A DNA stretch of 64,000 nt, from assembly GCF_050282285.1 (NCBI RefSeq), contig NZ_JBLZZJ010000013.1, one strand, 5' to 3'. The translations under genes and the position numbers were made by a program. The first letter of the stretch is position 1; every line of letters begins with the position of its first letter. Below the pieces are notes generated by a model. That model saw only the letters and a list, made by a program, of their open reading frames with translations, did no database searches and was not told the origin of the DNA. Source of the DNA: Pseudomonas sp. GTDB taxonomy: Bacteria; Pseudomonadota; Gammaproteobacteria; Pseudomonadales; Pseudomonadaceae. Of the stretch, positions 18,095 to 25,673 are shown in pieces.

Positions 18095-18565
18095 TCAGAG
18101 CGGGCTCTGCGGCTTGGCGGCGCAGTAGACCTGGCGGGTCTCCTGCCCGTACAGACAGGTGCGGAACGGCACCAGGTTGATGGTCGAGCCCTTGTGGCGG
18201 CCGTACATCAGGTTGAATACCAGCTCGTTGTCGGTATCCCCGGCCAGGCCGGTGACATCGCCTTCCTCGACCCGCAGGCGGTAATGGCCGAGAAAGCCGT
18301 ACTCGATGCTGCCCGAGGTTTCCAGGATGGCGCCGCCCTGGCGCGTCATGGCGTAGAAGCGGCCGTTGCGGAACTGGACGGTGTGCGACACATCGATGAC
18401 CTCGCCGCTGCTCAGCTGCATCTGCCCGCTGGAGCTGTAGCGCCCGTCCAGCTCGCTGCTGGAGGTGTAGTTGAACCACAGCACCAGGCTGCCCAGCAGC
18501 AGGGCCAGCACCGCACCGATGACGACCAGCAGGCAGCGGCGGCTGACGCGATCAAGGGCCTTCAT
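18095..18565 (-). CDS. Membrane-anchored periplasmic protein, partner of the ToxR-like regulator (ToxS-like in architecture only)
   Basis: 156 aa counted from the ATG at 18565, which overlaps the upstream stop (ATGA). It has an N-terminal anchor (CLLVVIGAVLALLLGSLVLW) and then a beta-rich region of about 125 aa. I recognise no motif. Confidence 0.55.
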   Translation of the reverse strand: MKALDRVSRRCLLVVIGAVLALLLGSLVLWFNYTSSSELDGRYSSSGQMQLSSGEVIDVSHTVQFRNGRFYAMTRQGGAILETSGSIEYGFLGHYRLRVEEGDVTGLAGDTDNELVFNLMYGRHKGSTINLVPFRTCLYGQETRQVYCAAKPQSPL

Positions 18566-19422
18566 GGCAAACACGCCTGGAGTTGGGCATCGGCGATTCG
18601 TTCCAGCTGGCTTTCATGCAGCATCAGCGAGCGCACGCGGTCTTCACCGGCCACGCACAGCACTTCGTAGTAATCGGACGCCATGCCGAAGATCAGGTCG
18701 GTGGGTTTGCCCGCCATGGCAGCCATGCGCTTGGCCAGGGGCTGGGTGGCATGGGTCAGTTGCTGCAATTGCTGCTCGTCGCGGTCGATGTAGATGATCG
18801 TGGCCTGGCCGATCTTCAGCTGATTGCTGAGCAGCTTCGACGGGCTGTTGGAGGTGAACAGGTAGATCAGTGCCGCACCGCCGATCAGTGCCAGGCTGAT
18901 GGGCAGGGCGATCAGCAGGCTGCGCTGGTTGCGTGTGGTTTGCGGCGGGTCGAGGTGGATGACCGGTGCGGGCTCCTCGACCTCGACGGGCGGCTCGCGG
19001 GGTACCGGCGGGGCGTCGACCACGGTTGGCGTGGCGAGGAAGTTGGGGTTGAACATGTAGCCGCGGCGCGGCAGGGTCTGGATGATCTCGCGGTTCTTCT
19101 CGTCGGCCAGCACCTGGCGCAGGGTGTAGATCTGCTGGTTGAGGCTGCCCTGGCCAACCACGCGATCGGACCAGGCGTGGCTCATCAGTTCTTCCCGCGC
19201 CACCACTTCCCCAGGGGCCTGCAGCAGGCGTTCGAGCAGGCGGCTGCCGGAGAACCCCAGATCGATCTTTTCCTCGGTGCCGTCGCGGATCAGCAGCAAC
19301 TGGTAGAGCGCCGGGTAGAAGTGTGCGTGGCAGTCCGCACGACCGGTCCTGATGATCAGGCAGGAGAGCGTAGCCCCGGCATCCGCAGCGTGGTTCTCGG
19401 TCAGTGTATTCATGCGTTCCAT
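18562..19422 (-). CDS. ToxR/CadC-like membrane-bound transcriptional regulator (LafZ-like)
   Basis: It has an OmpR/PhoB winged-helix domain (LGFSGSRLLERLLQAPGEVVAREELMSHAW...QQIYTLRQVL...LPRRGYMF). A Pro-rich linker, one TM segment (SLLIALPISLALIGGAALIYLF) and a periplasmic domain of about 95 aa with two Cys follow. The start is set at 19422 (or 19413) because third-position G+C falls sharply upstream of it; the track ORF extends to 19590. Confidence 0.8.
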   Translation of the reverse strand: MERMNTLTENHAADAGATLSCLIIRTGRADCHAHFYPALYQLLLIRDGTEEKIDLGFSGSRLLERLLQAPGEVVAREELMSHAWSDRVVGQGSLNQQIYTLRQVLADEKNREIIQTLPRRGYMFNPNFLATPTVVDAPPVPREPPVEVEEPAPVIHLDPPQTTRNQRSLLIALPISLALIGGAALIYLFTSNSPSKLLSNQLKIGQATIIYIDRDEQQLQQLTHATQPLAKRMAAMAGKPTDLIFGMASDYYEVLCVAGEDRVRSLMLHESQLERIADAQLQACLP

Positions 19423-19689
19423 GACGATGAGGATGCATCCATCGGGGGAATGTACCGGGCGTTCCTGGGTTGGCGGCATTCTGGCGTCAGAAAAAAACCG
19501 TCGCAAGTCTTGTGCCATCGGACTTTGGCTGGCACCGCCCTGCTCAAAGGCTCGAATTCCGATAGGAAACGGCAAGCGTATGGCGCCCATCCGATATCAC
19601 TGCCAAGCCCTCTAGGACGGACCTTTGCGCGGTATGAATCATCGAAAGTGTGCCCTTGTATGATGACAGTTGATTGCGCGTTGCACCGT

Positions 19690-19717
19690 TTATCGGCAAG
19701 CGTAGCCAATGACTTGA
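19690..19717 (-). promoter_or_regulatory. Canonical sigma-28 (FliA) promoter TCAAG-N15-GCCGATAA
   Basis: The minus strand reads ccTTCAAG-tcattggctacgctt-GCCGATAAacgg. It lies just downstream of the flagellin terminator and points at the ToxR-like gene. Confidence 0.65.
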
Positions 19718-19784
19718 AGGGTTGTTTGCACCTTGGGGTGGCGAGCGTGCGCGCAGGCGGTCGCCGGTGCTGAAAGACGGGCAC

Positions 19785-19809
19785 GAAAAAACGCCCCAGG
19801 AGGGGCGTT
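19785..19809 (-). terminator. Rho-independent terminator of the flagellin gene
   Basis: The minus strand reads aacgcccc-tcct-ggggcgtt followed by tttttt, 44 nt after the flagellin stop. Confidence 0.8.
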
Positions 19810-19852
19810 CTCGGGTGGCGCAGTCCGTTGCGCCTGATCGGTGCCTGAGGGA

Positions 19853-20731
19853 TCAACCCAGCAGGGACATGACCATGCCTGGCATCTGGCCGGCTTGCTT
19901 GAGCATGGAGATGCCCGACTGCATGAGCATGGAGTTCTTGCTCATGTTGGCGCTTTCCTTGGCGAAGTCGGCGTCCATGATGCGGCCCTTGGCCATTTCG
20001 GTGTTGTCTTTCATGTTGGCCAGGTTGTTGGCGGTGTGGTTCAGGCGGTTGATGTTGGCACCGAACTGAGCACGCAGGGCGCCAATGTCGTCCAGGGCGG
20101 TGTTGATGGTGTCGATCATGCCGTTAGCGCCAGCGGCGTCGGCAATTTCGGTACCGGCAGTGCCCGGGGTGGTGTAGTTGCTGGACAGGCCGTCCAGGGC
20201 AGTACCCAGTGCGGTGGACTGAGTGGAAGCATCCAGCTCCAGGGTTTCAGCGGCGGTTGCGCCGATCTGGAAGGTCACGGCGCCGGCGCCGAACTTGCCA
20301 GTGGCACCGTCGAGGCCGAACAGGGCTTCGCCTGCGTAGCTGGTGTTGGTCATGATGTTGGCCAGCTCTTTACCCAGCTCGTCGTATTCGGCTTGCAGGG
20401 CGTCACGGTCAGCCTGGGCGTTGGTGCCGTTGGCGGACTGGGTGGCGAGGTCTTTCATGCGCTGCATGATGTCGGTCATTTCGTTGAACGCGCCTTCAGC
20501 GGTCTGCAGCAGGGACACTGCGTCGCTGGTGTTGCGCATGGCCACGTCCATACCGCGAGCCTGGGCGTTCAGGCGAGTAGCGATCTGCAGACCGGCGGCG
20601 TCGTCGGCAGCGGAGTTGATGCGCAGGCCGGTGCCCAGACGCTGCTGGTTGTTCGACAGGGCGTTGTTGGTCTTGTTCAGGTTGGTCTGGGTGATCAACG
20701 AGGAGTAGTTGGTATGGATAGACAGAGCCAT
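19853..20731 (-). CDS. fliC: Flagellin (short, LafA-like, 292 aa)
   Basis: Conserved flagellin N-terminus (MALSIHTNYSSLITQTNLNKTNNALSNNQQRLGTGLRINSAADDAAGLQIATRL) and C-terminus (...MDADFAKESANMSKNSMLMQSGISMLKQAGQMPGMVMSLLG). Confidence 0.97.
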   Translation of the reverse strand: MALSIHTNYSSLITQTNLNKTNNALSNNQQRLGTGLRINSAADDAAGLQIATRLNAQARGMDVAMRNTSDAVSLLQTAEGAFNEMTDIMQRMKDLATQSANGTNAQADRDALQAEYDELGKELANIMTNTSYAGEALFGLDGATGKFGAGAVTFQIGATAAETLELDASTQSTALGTALDGLSSNYTTPGTAGTEIADAAGANGMIDTINTALDDIGALRAQFGANINRLNHTANNLANMKDNTEMAKGRIMDADFAKESANMSKNSMLMQSGISMLKQAGQMPGMVMSLLG

Positions 20732-20794
20732 TTGAGTATTCCCTTTGCGTGAGAGCTTGATTAAAAGCTGGCTGTGATTGCCTGCTGAAAGGGT

Positions 20795-20822
20795 AAGGCG
20801 ACAGACTTTTACCGCCGCTTAA
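20795..20822 (-). promoter_or_regulatory. Variant sigma-28-like promoter TTAAG-N15-GTCGCCTT upstream of the flagellin gene
   Basis: The minus strand reads atTTAAG-cggcggtaaaagtct-GTCGCCTTaccc, ending 64 nt before the flagellin ATG. This is the third copy of the motif. Confidence 0.55.
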
Positions 20823-20870
20823 ATGGCGCCTGAAATTTTTCTACGACCGGTCTTCCCGCCCCTACGGAAC

Positions 20871-21170
20871 GTGCCCATCCACAACACCGGCGACGCTATC
20901 TGTGTAGGAGCGGGCTTGCCCGCGAGCTCTTCTCCCGCAGCCACCCCGATGTCGTTCCCCCACAACCACCGAGTTCGCGGCTGAAGCCGCTCCTACGGGG
21001 TGCGTTCATCCACGCCACCGCCAGCGACGCTACCTATGTAGGAGCGGCTGGGCGGCATACCGATTGCCCGCGAGCTTTCTCCCGTAGCCACCCCGATGTC
21101 GCTCCCACAACCGCCGAGCTCGCGGCCAAGGCCGCTCCTACAGGACGCGCCCATCCACAACACCGGCACA
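20871..21170. repeat. REP cluster organised as about 2.2 tandem copies of a ~130-140 bp unit
   Basis: The unit (g)cccatccacaacaccggc...ctgtgtaggagcgggcttgcccgcgagc...gccaccccgatgtcg...cgagttcgcggctgaagccgctcctac is repeated. The second copy has an expanded REP loop (gtaggagcggctgggcggcataccgattgcccgcgagc). Confidence 0.8.
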
Positions 21171-21173
21171 CCC

Positions 21174-21989
21174 CTAACGAAACGTACTGCTCACCACGCC
21201 CTTGTCGAGCACTTTGGCCTCGATGGTCTTGCCGCTGCTGAGGTTGCGCACGCGGATCACGGCCTTCAGTCCGCCGTTCTCCAGCGCCTCGCCCATGGTC
21301 GAGGCTTCGATGCCGTCGTGGCTGGCCATGATCTTGACCTGCTGGCCGCGCTTGATCAGCAGCGGCGTTGTCAACAGGCCGGGGCTGAGGGCCTGGTTGG
21401 GGCGGATACGGCGCTTCGCGCCCATGCCGGCGACCTCGTCCAGGTCGGTAAAGAAGCCCCGCGACGCCTTGCCGATTTCCAGCTCCTGCAGCGTCAGCTG
21501 AGACGCGCCGATAGTCTGACCGCGCTCGATGGCCTGGCTGCTGAACACCGCTGGCAGGAACACGCTGGCCTGGCTGCTCACCACCACGGCCCAGCCCGGT
21601 TGATCGGCGCAGCGCACGTCCAGGCGCTGGCGTGCCAGCAGTGAGGCTCCGGCGTCGCTGGGGCTGACCGTCAACGGCTGGGTGCAAGGGGGCAGCGACG
21701 CGGTGCTGTTCAGCGAGGTGCTGGTGTGGGTGAAGCGTGTTTTCGTCCAGCCCTGGGCTTTGGCTTCGCTGGCCACGGCCTGGGCCAAATGGCGTTCCAC
21801 AGCCTGGTCGATCTGTTGGCTGGCGCTGAGCTCGGCCTGAGCAATACCTGGCAGCAGAGCAGCGACCAGGCCGACCACCAGGCGCGGCGGACGCAAAGCG
21901 GAAAAGACGCTTCCGCATCGCGCTGTGCGGCGCGGCGAATGCGGAAGCAATGCGACGCTCCGTGCGTTTTTCTTTGTCTCAAAATCCAT
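21174..21989 (-). CDS. flgA: FlgA P-ring assembly chaperone
   Basis: This is the C-terminal part of track ORF 21174..22427. It carries a FlgA/SAF domain (GRFFTDLDEVAGMGAKRRIRPNQALSPGLL...IKRGQQVKIMASHDGIEASTMGEALENGGLKAVIRVRNLSSGKTIEAKV). The start is ambiguous: ATG 22028, ATG 21989 or TTG 21896. The TTG would give a clean signal peptide, MRPPRLVVGLVAALLPGIAQA. Confidence 0.85.
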   Translation of the reverse strand: MDFETKKNARSVALLPHSPRRTARCGSVFSALRPPRLVVGLVAALLPGIAQAELSASQQIDQAVERHLAQAVASEAKAQGWTKTRFTHTSTSLNSTASLPPCTQPLTVSPSDAGASLLARQRLDVRCADQPGWAVVVSSQASVFLPAVFSSQAIERGQTIGASQLTLQELEIGKASRGFFTDLDEVAGMGAKRRIRPNQALSPGLLTTPLLIKRGQQVKIMASHDGIEASTMGEALENGGLKAVIRVRNLSSGKTIEAKVLDKGVVSSTFR

Positions 21990-22022
21990 TGAAATCAACT
22001 GCTTAACCACCTTTGTCAGGTT

Positions 22023-22038
22023 GGGCATGGTTTGTGCT
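22023..22038 (+). promoter_or_regulatory. Candidate sigma-54 promoter for flgBCDEF(GHIJKL)
   Basis: gGGCATggtttGTGCt has correct GG-N10-GC spacing and matches 4/6 and 3/4 of the flanking consensus. It ends 42 nt before the flgB ATG. Confidence 0.45.
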
Positions 22039-22079
22039 CCAGCACTCCCGGACTGAACCTTGCTGAAGGGTAGTGGGCG

Positions 22080-22445
22080 ATGAGTATACGGATTGATGAG
22101 GCGTTGGGCGTTCATGCGCGTGCCCTGGAGTTGCGGGTCGAGCGCAGTGAAATCCTCGCGGCCAACCTGGCCAACGAAGACACCCCGGGCTTCCAGGCGC
22201 GGGACATGGACTTCGCCGGGGAAATGCGGCGCCTCGAAGGTGGCAGCCTCGATTCGTTCTTCGCCACGACGCGCTCGCCCGACTACCAGTACCGGGTGCC
22301 GACCCAGGCTTCGCAGGATGGCAACACCGTAGAGCTGAGCGTGGAACAAGCGGAGTTCTCCAAGAACTCGATGGATTTCCAGACCAGCCTGACCTTTCTC
22401 AACATGAAATTCCGTGGCCTTAAACAAGCCATCGAGGGGCGTTAA
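22080..22445 (+). CDS. flgB: FlgB proximal rod protein
   Basis: 121 aa; contains ANLANEDTPGFQARD and the C-terminal rod heptads. Confidence 0.93.
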   Translation: MSIRIDEALGVHARALELRVERSEILAANLANEDTPGFQARDMDFAGEMRRLEGGSLDSFFATTRSPDYQYRVPTQASQDGNTVELSVEQAEFSKNSMDFQTSLTFLNMKFRGLKQAIEGR

Positions 22446-22448
22446 GCC

Positions 22449-22877
22449 ATGTCATTCGATTCCATCTACCGCATTGCCGGCTCGGCGATGAACGCACAGA
22501 CCGTGCGCCTGAACACCGTGGCCAGCAACCTGGCCAACGCCGACTCCGCCGCAGCACGCCCCGAGGATGTCTACGAGGCCCGCAAGCCGGTGTTCGCCTC
22601 CGTCTACGAGAACGGCCAACTGACCCGCGGCGCCGGCATGGGCGGCGCCCATGTGCAGGTGCTCGATGTGGTCACCGCCGGCCGTGAGCCGGTGCGCCGC
22701 TACGAGCCGGAAAACCCGTTGTCCGACCGCGATGGCTACGTGTTCTACGCCGACATCAACGAGATCGAAGAGATGACCGACATGATGTCCGCCAGCCGCA
22801 GCTTCGAGACCAGCGTCGAGGTGCTCAACCGTATCAAGGGCATGCAACAGGGCCTGCTCAAACTGGGAGAAGCGTGA
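22449..22877 (+). CDS. flgC: FlgC proximal rod protein
   Basis: 142 aa; N-terminus MSFDSIYRIAGSAMNAQTVRLNTVASNLANADS and C-terminal rod motif. Confidence 0.95.
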   Translation: MSFDSIYRIAGSAMNAQTVRLNTVASNLANADSAAARPEDVYEARKPVFASVYENGQLTRGAGMGGAHVQVLDVVTAGREPVRRYEPENPLSDRDGYVFYADINEIEEMTDMMSASRSFETSVEVLNRIKGMQQGLLKLGEA

Positions 22878-23554
22878 TGAGCACTGTCAGTTCCACGGGG
22901 TCCGGCACCAACACCTACGGTCGCGACGATACGGTCCGTCAGGGCGTCAACGTCAGCGACGCGACGCAGATGGAGAACAACTTCATCAGCCTGATGGTCG
23001 CGCAGATCCGCAACCAGGACCCGACCAAGCCGGTCGACAGCACCGAGTTCCTCAACCAGTTCTCCGCGATGTCTCAGGTCAAGAGCATGGAAAACATGAC
23101 GGCCCTGAGCAAAAGCAACCTGGTGCTGCTGGACAACCTGCAGACCCTCACCGCCGCCGGCCTGGTCGGCCAGGAAGTGAAGGTCGCGGTGGACAGCCTG
23201 CAACTGAGCGACGAGAAGATCAGCGGCCGGGTCAACCTGGAGCACAGCGCCGGCAAGACCGTGCTGACCCTGACCGACAGCAACGGCGTGAAGAAAGAGG
23301 TTCAGCTCGGCGCCCAGGTCGCCGGTGCCGTGGACTTCGAGATCGATCCCGTGGCCCTGGGCCTGGAGCCCGGCCGCTACAAGGTCGAGGTCACCACCGA
23401 CAGCGGCGAATTCCCGCAGGTGGAGGTGGCAGGCCTGGTCACCAATGTCCGGGTCAGCGCCGAAGGTCCGGTCCTGGAGATCAAGGGGGCTGGCTCCGTA
23501 CCGTTCTACAAGATCACCGAGTTTGGTCAGTCGAAACTGGCCGGTCTGCTCTAG
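22874..23554 (+). CDS. flgD: FlgD hook cap/scaffold protein
   Basis: 226 aa; FlgD motif FISLMVAQIRNQDPTKPVDSTEFLNQFSAMSQV. Confidence 0.92.
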   Translation: MMSTVSSTGSGTNTYGRDDTVRQGVNVSDATQMENNFISLMVAQIRNQDPTKPVDSTEFLNQFSAMSQVKSMENMTALSKSNLVLLDNLQTLTAAGLVGQEVKVAVDSLQLSDEKISGRVNLEHSAGKTVLTLTDSNGVKKEVQLGAQVAGAVDFEIDPVALGLEPGRYKVEVTTDSGEFPQVEVAGLVTNVRVSAEGPVLEIKGAGSVPFYKITEFGQSKLAGLL

Positions 23555-23590
23555 TCGAGCGTTCTCTCTCTTTCAAAAGGTTAATACGCC

Positions 23591-24775
23591 ATGAGCTTCA
23601 ACATTGCCCTGACCGGCCTCAACGCCGTTTCCGACCAGCTGGACACCATCAGCAACAACATCGCCAACGTCGGCACCACCGGCTTCAAGTCCTCGCGCAC
23701 CGAGTTCGGCAGTGTGTACGCCGACAGCCAGGCCATGGGCGTGGAAGTCCTCGGCCTGACCCAGAGCATCAGCAAGGGCGGCGCGCTGGTCGGCACCGGC
23801 CGCAGCCTGGACCTGGCCATCACCGGCGGCGGTTTCTTCGTCACCCGTGGCAGCAATGGCGACGTGAGCTACACCCGTGCCGGTGTGTTCGACACCGACA
23901 AGGACAACTTCATCGTCGGCAACAATGGCCGCCTGCAAGGCTACCCGGTGGACGCCGCCGGCAACCTGCAGGTCGGCAACCTGGGCGACCTGCAACTGCA
24001 GAACGCCAACCTGCCGGCCCGCGCCACCGACACCCTGTCGTTCGTGATGAACCTGGACTCCAACGAAGCCGTGCCGACCGTGGCGCCGTTCGACCCGGCC
24101 AACGCCGAGTCCTTCAACTCGACCTACACCACCAAGGTCTTCGACTCCCAGGGCCGCGAACACACCCTGACCCAGTACTTCGTCAAGACTGGCGCCAACG
24201 ACTGGGCTGCCCACTACTACGCCGACGGCGTCGCCGTGGGTGGCCCGCAGGCCCTGAACTTCGGCACCAACGGTGCGCTGACCGGTCCCCTGGCTCCAGT
24301 GGCGGTCAACTTCCCGCTGGCGGGGGTCGACCCGATGGCCGTGGCCATCGACTACACCGGCAGCAGCCAGTACGGCTCGGATTTCGTGGTCACCACCAAC
24401 CGCGCCTCGGGCTATGCCGCGGGCGAGCAGACCGGCCTGTCGATCGAGAAGAACGGCATGGTCTACGCCAACTACAGCAACGGCGAACGCATGCTCCAGG
24501 GCCAGGTGGCCTTGGCCTCGTTCATCAACGCCGGCGGCCTGAAGAATGAAACCGGCACCGCCTGGAGTGAGACCGCCGAATCCGGCGCGGCGCTGATCGG
24601 CGTTCCCGGTGTCGGCGCCCTGGGCGAGCTGGCCGCGGCGGCGCTGGAAAGCTCCAACGTCGACCTGACCCAGCAACTGGTCGGCCTGATGGAAAGCCAG
24701 CGCAACTACCAGGCCAACACCAAGGTGCTGTCCACCGACAAAGAACTCACCCAAGTGCTGTTCAGCGCGATCTGA
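23591..24775 (+). CDS. flgE: FlgE hook protein
   Basis: 394 aa; N-terminus MSFNIALTGLNAVSDQLDTISNNIANVGTTGFKSSR and C-terminus ...LESSNVDLTQQLVGLMESQRNYQANTKVLSTDKEL. Confidence 0.96.
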   Translation: MSFNIALTGLNAVSDQLDTISNNIANVGTTGFKSSRTEFGSVYADSQAMGVEVLGLTQSISKGGALVGTGRSLDLAITGGGFFVTRGSNGDVSYTRAGVFDTDKDNFIVGNNGRLQGYPVDAAGNLQVGNLGDLQLQNANLPARATDTLSFVMNLDSNEAVPTVAPFDPANAESFNSTYTTKVFDSQGREHTLTQYFVKTGANDWAAHYYADGVAVGGPQALNFGTNGALTGPLAPVAVNFPLAGVDPMAVAIDYTGSSQYGSDFVVTTNRASGYAAGEQTGLSIEKNGMVYANYSNGERMLQGQVALASFINAGGLKNETGTAWSETAESGAALIGVPGVGALGELAAAALESSNVDLTQQLVGLMESQRNYQANTKVLSTDKELTQVLFSAI

Positions 24776-24784
24776 GGCTGATTT

Positions 24785-25513
24785 ATGGACCGTTTGGGCT
24801 ACACCGCGATGACCGCCGCCAGCCGCACCATGACCTCGCTGTCGGTGCGCGCCAACAACCTGGCCAACGCCAACACGCCGGGTTTTCGCGCCGACCTGGA
24901 GCAGGCCAAGGCCGTGGCGGTGGAAGGCTACGGCTACGACAGCCGCCACCTGGCGCTGGTGCAGAGCAACGGCGTGAGCTTGGCGCCCGGCGCCATGATG
25001 GCCACCGGGCGTGATCTGGATTTCGCCATCAACGGCCGCGGCCTGATCGCCCTGCAGGGTCCGGAAGGCGAGGTCTACACCCGCAATGGCAGCATGCAGG
25101 TGGACGCCGAGCTGAACCTGACCATCAACGGCCGTCCGGTGATGGGCGAGGGCGGTCCGATCGTGCTGCCGGAATACGACAGCATCCACATCGGCTCCGA
25201 TGGCGTGGTTTCGGTGATGCCGCGTGGCGACTTCGTCATGGCCGAGGTCGACCGCATCAAGCGCGTCGACGTGCCGGCCGCCGAACTGGTGAAGGACGAA
25301 GCCGGCCTGCTGGTCACCCGCAACGGCGAAGCCCTGCCGGTGGATGAAAACGTGCGGCTGATCGCCGGCCACCTGGAAGAAAGCAACGTCTCGGCCGTCG
25401 ACCAACTGGTGGCGACCATGAGCCTCAACCGCCTGTTCGAAACGCAGGTGAAGATGATGAAAGCTGCCGAGGATTTGTCCGAGGCGGGTAATCGCATGAT
25501 TCGCGGCAGTTAA
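24785..25513 (+). CDS. flgF: FlgF proximal rod protein
   Basis: 242 aa; contains SVRANNLANANTPGFRADLE and the C-terminal motif LEESNVSAVDQLVATMSLNRLFETQVKMM. Confidence 0.94.
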   Translation: MDRLGYTAMTAASRTMTSLSVRANNLANANTPGFRADLEQAKAVAVEGYGYDSRHLALVQSNGVSLAPGAMMATGRDLDFAINGRGLIALQGPEGEVYTRNGSMQVDAELNLTINGRPVMGEGGPIVLPEYDSIHIGSDGVVSVMPRGDFVMAEVDRIKRVDVPAAELVKDEAGLLVTRNGEALPVDENVRLIAGHLEESNVSAVDQLVATMSLNRLFETQVKMMKAAEDLSEAGNRMIRGS

Positions 25514-25543
25514 TGACAAGTAGCCCGGATTGCGGGTGACAAC

Positions 25544-25609
25544 CTGTAGGAGCCAGCTTGCTGGCGATCAGCGGGTCAACAGCATCGCCAGCAAGCTGGC
25601 TCCTGCAAG
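25544..25609. repeat. Inverted pair of REP-like palindromes between flgF and flgG
   Basis: ctgtaggagccagcttgctggcgat ...15 nt... atcgccagcaagctggctcctgcaag can fold into one long hairpin. It occupies most of a 160-nt gap inside the rod/hook operon. Confidence 0.8.
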
Positions 25610-25673
25610 ATCGAGGCAAACCGTTTGCCTGGGAACATAGGGGCTACGGGCGAGAACATAGAGGAGCGATCAC

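Noticed and set aside
19529-19544. cTGGCACcgcccTGCt considered as a sigma-54 promoter.
   Set aside because: The spacing is N9 rather than N10. It also points at the 3' end of the flagellin gene, with nothing to transcribe.
21990-22427. N-terminal extension of the flgA ORF (417 aa in the track).
   Set aside because: It runs antisense through flgB and the flgA-flgB divergent promoter region. FlgA-like sequence begins only near the signal peptide.
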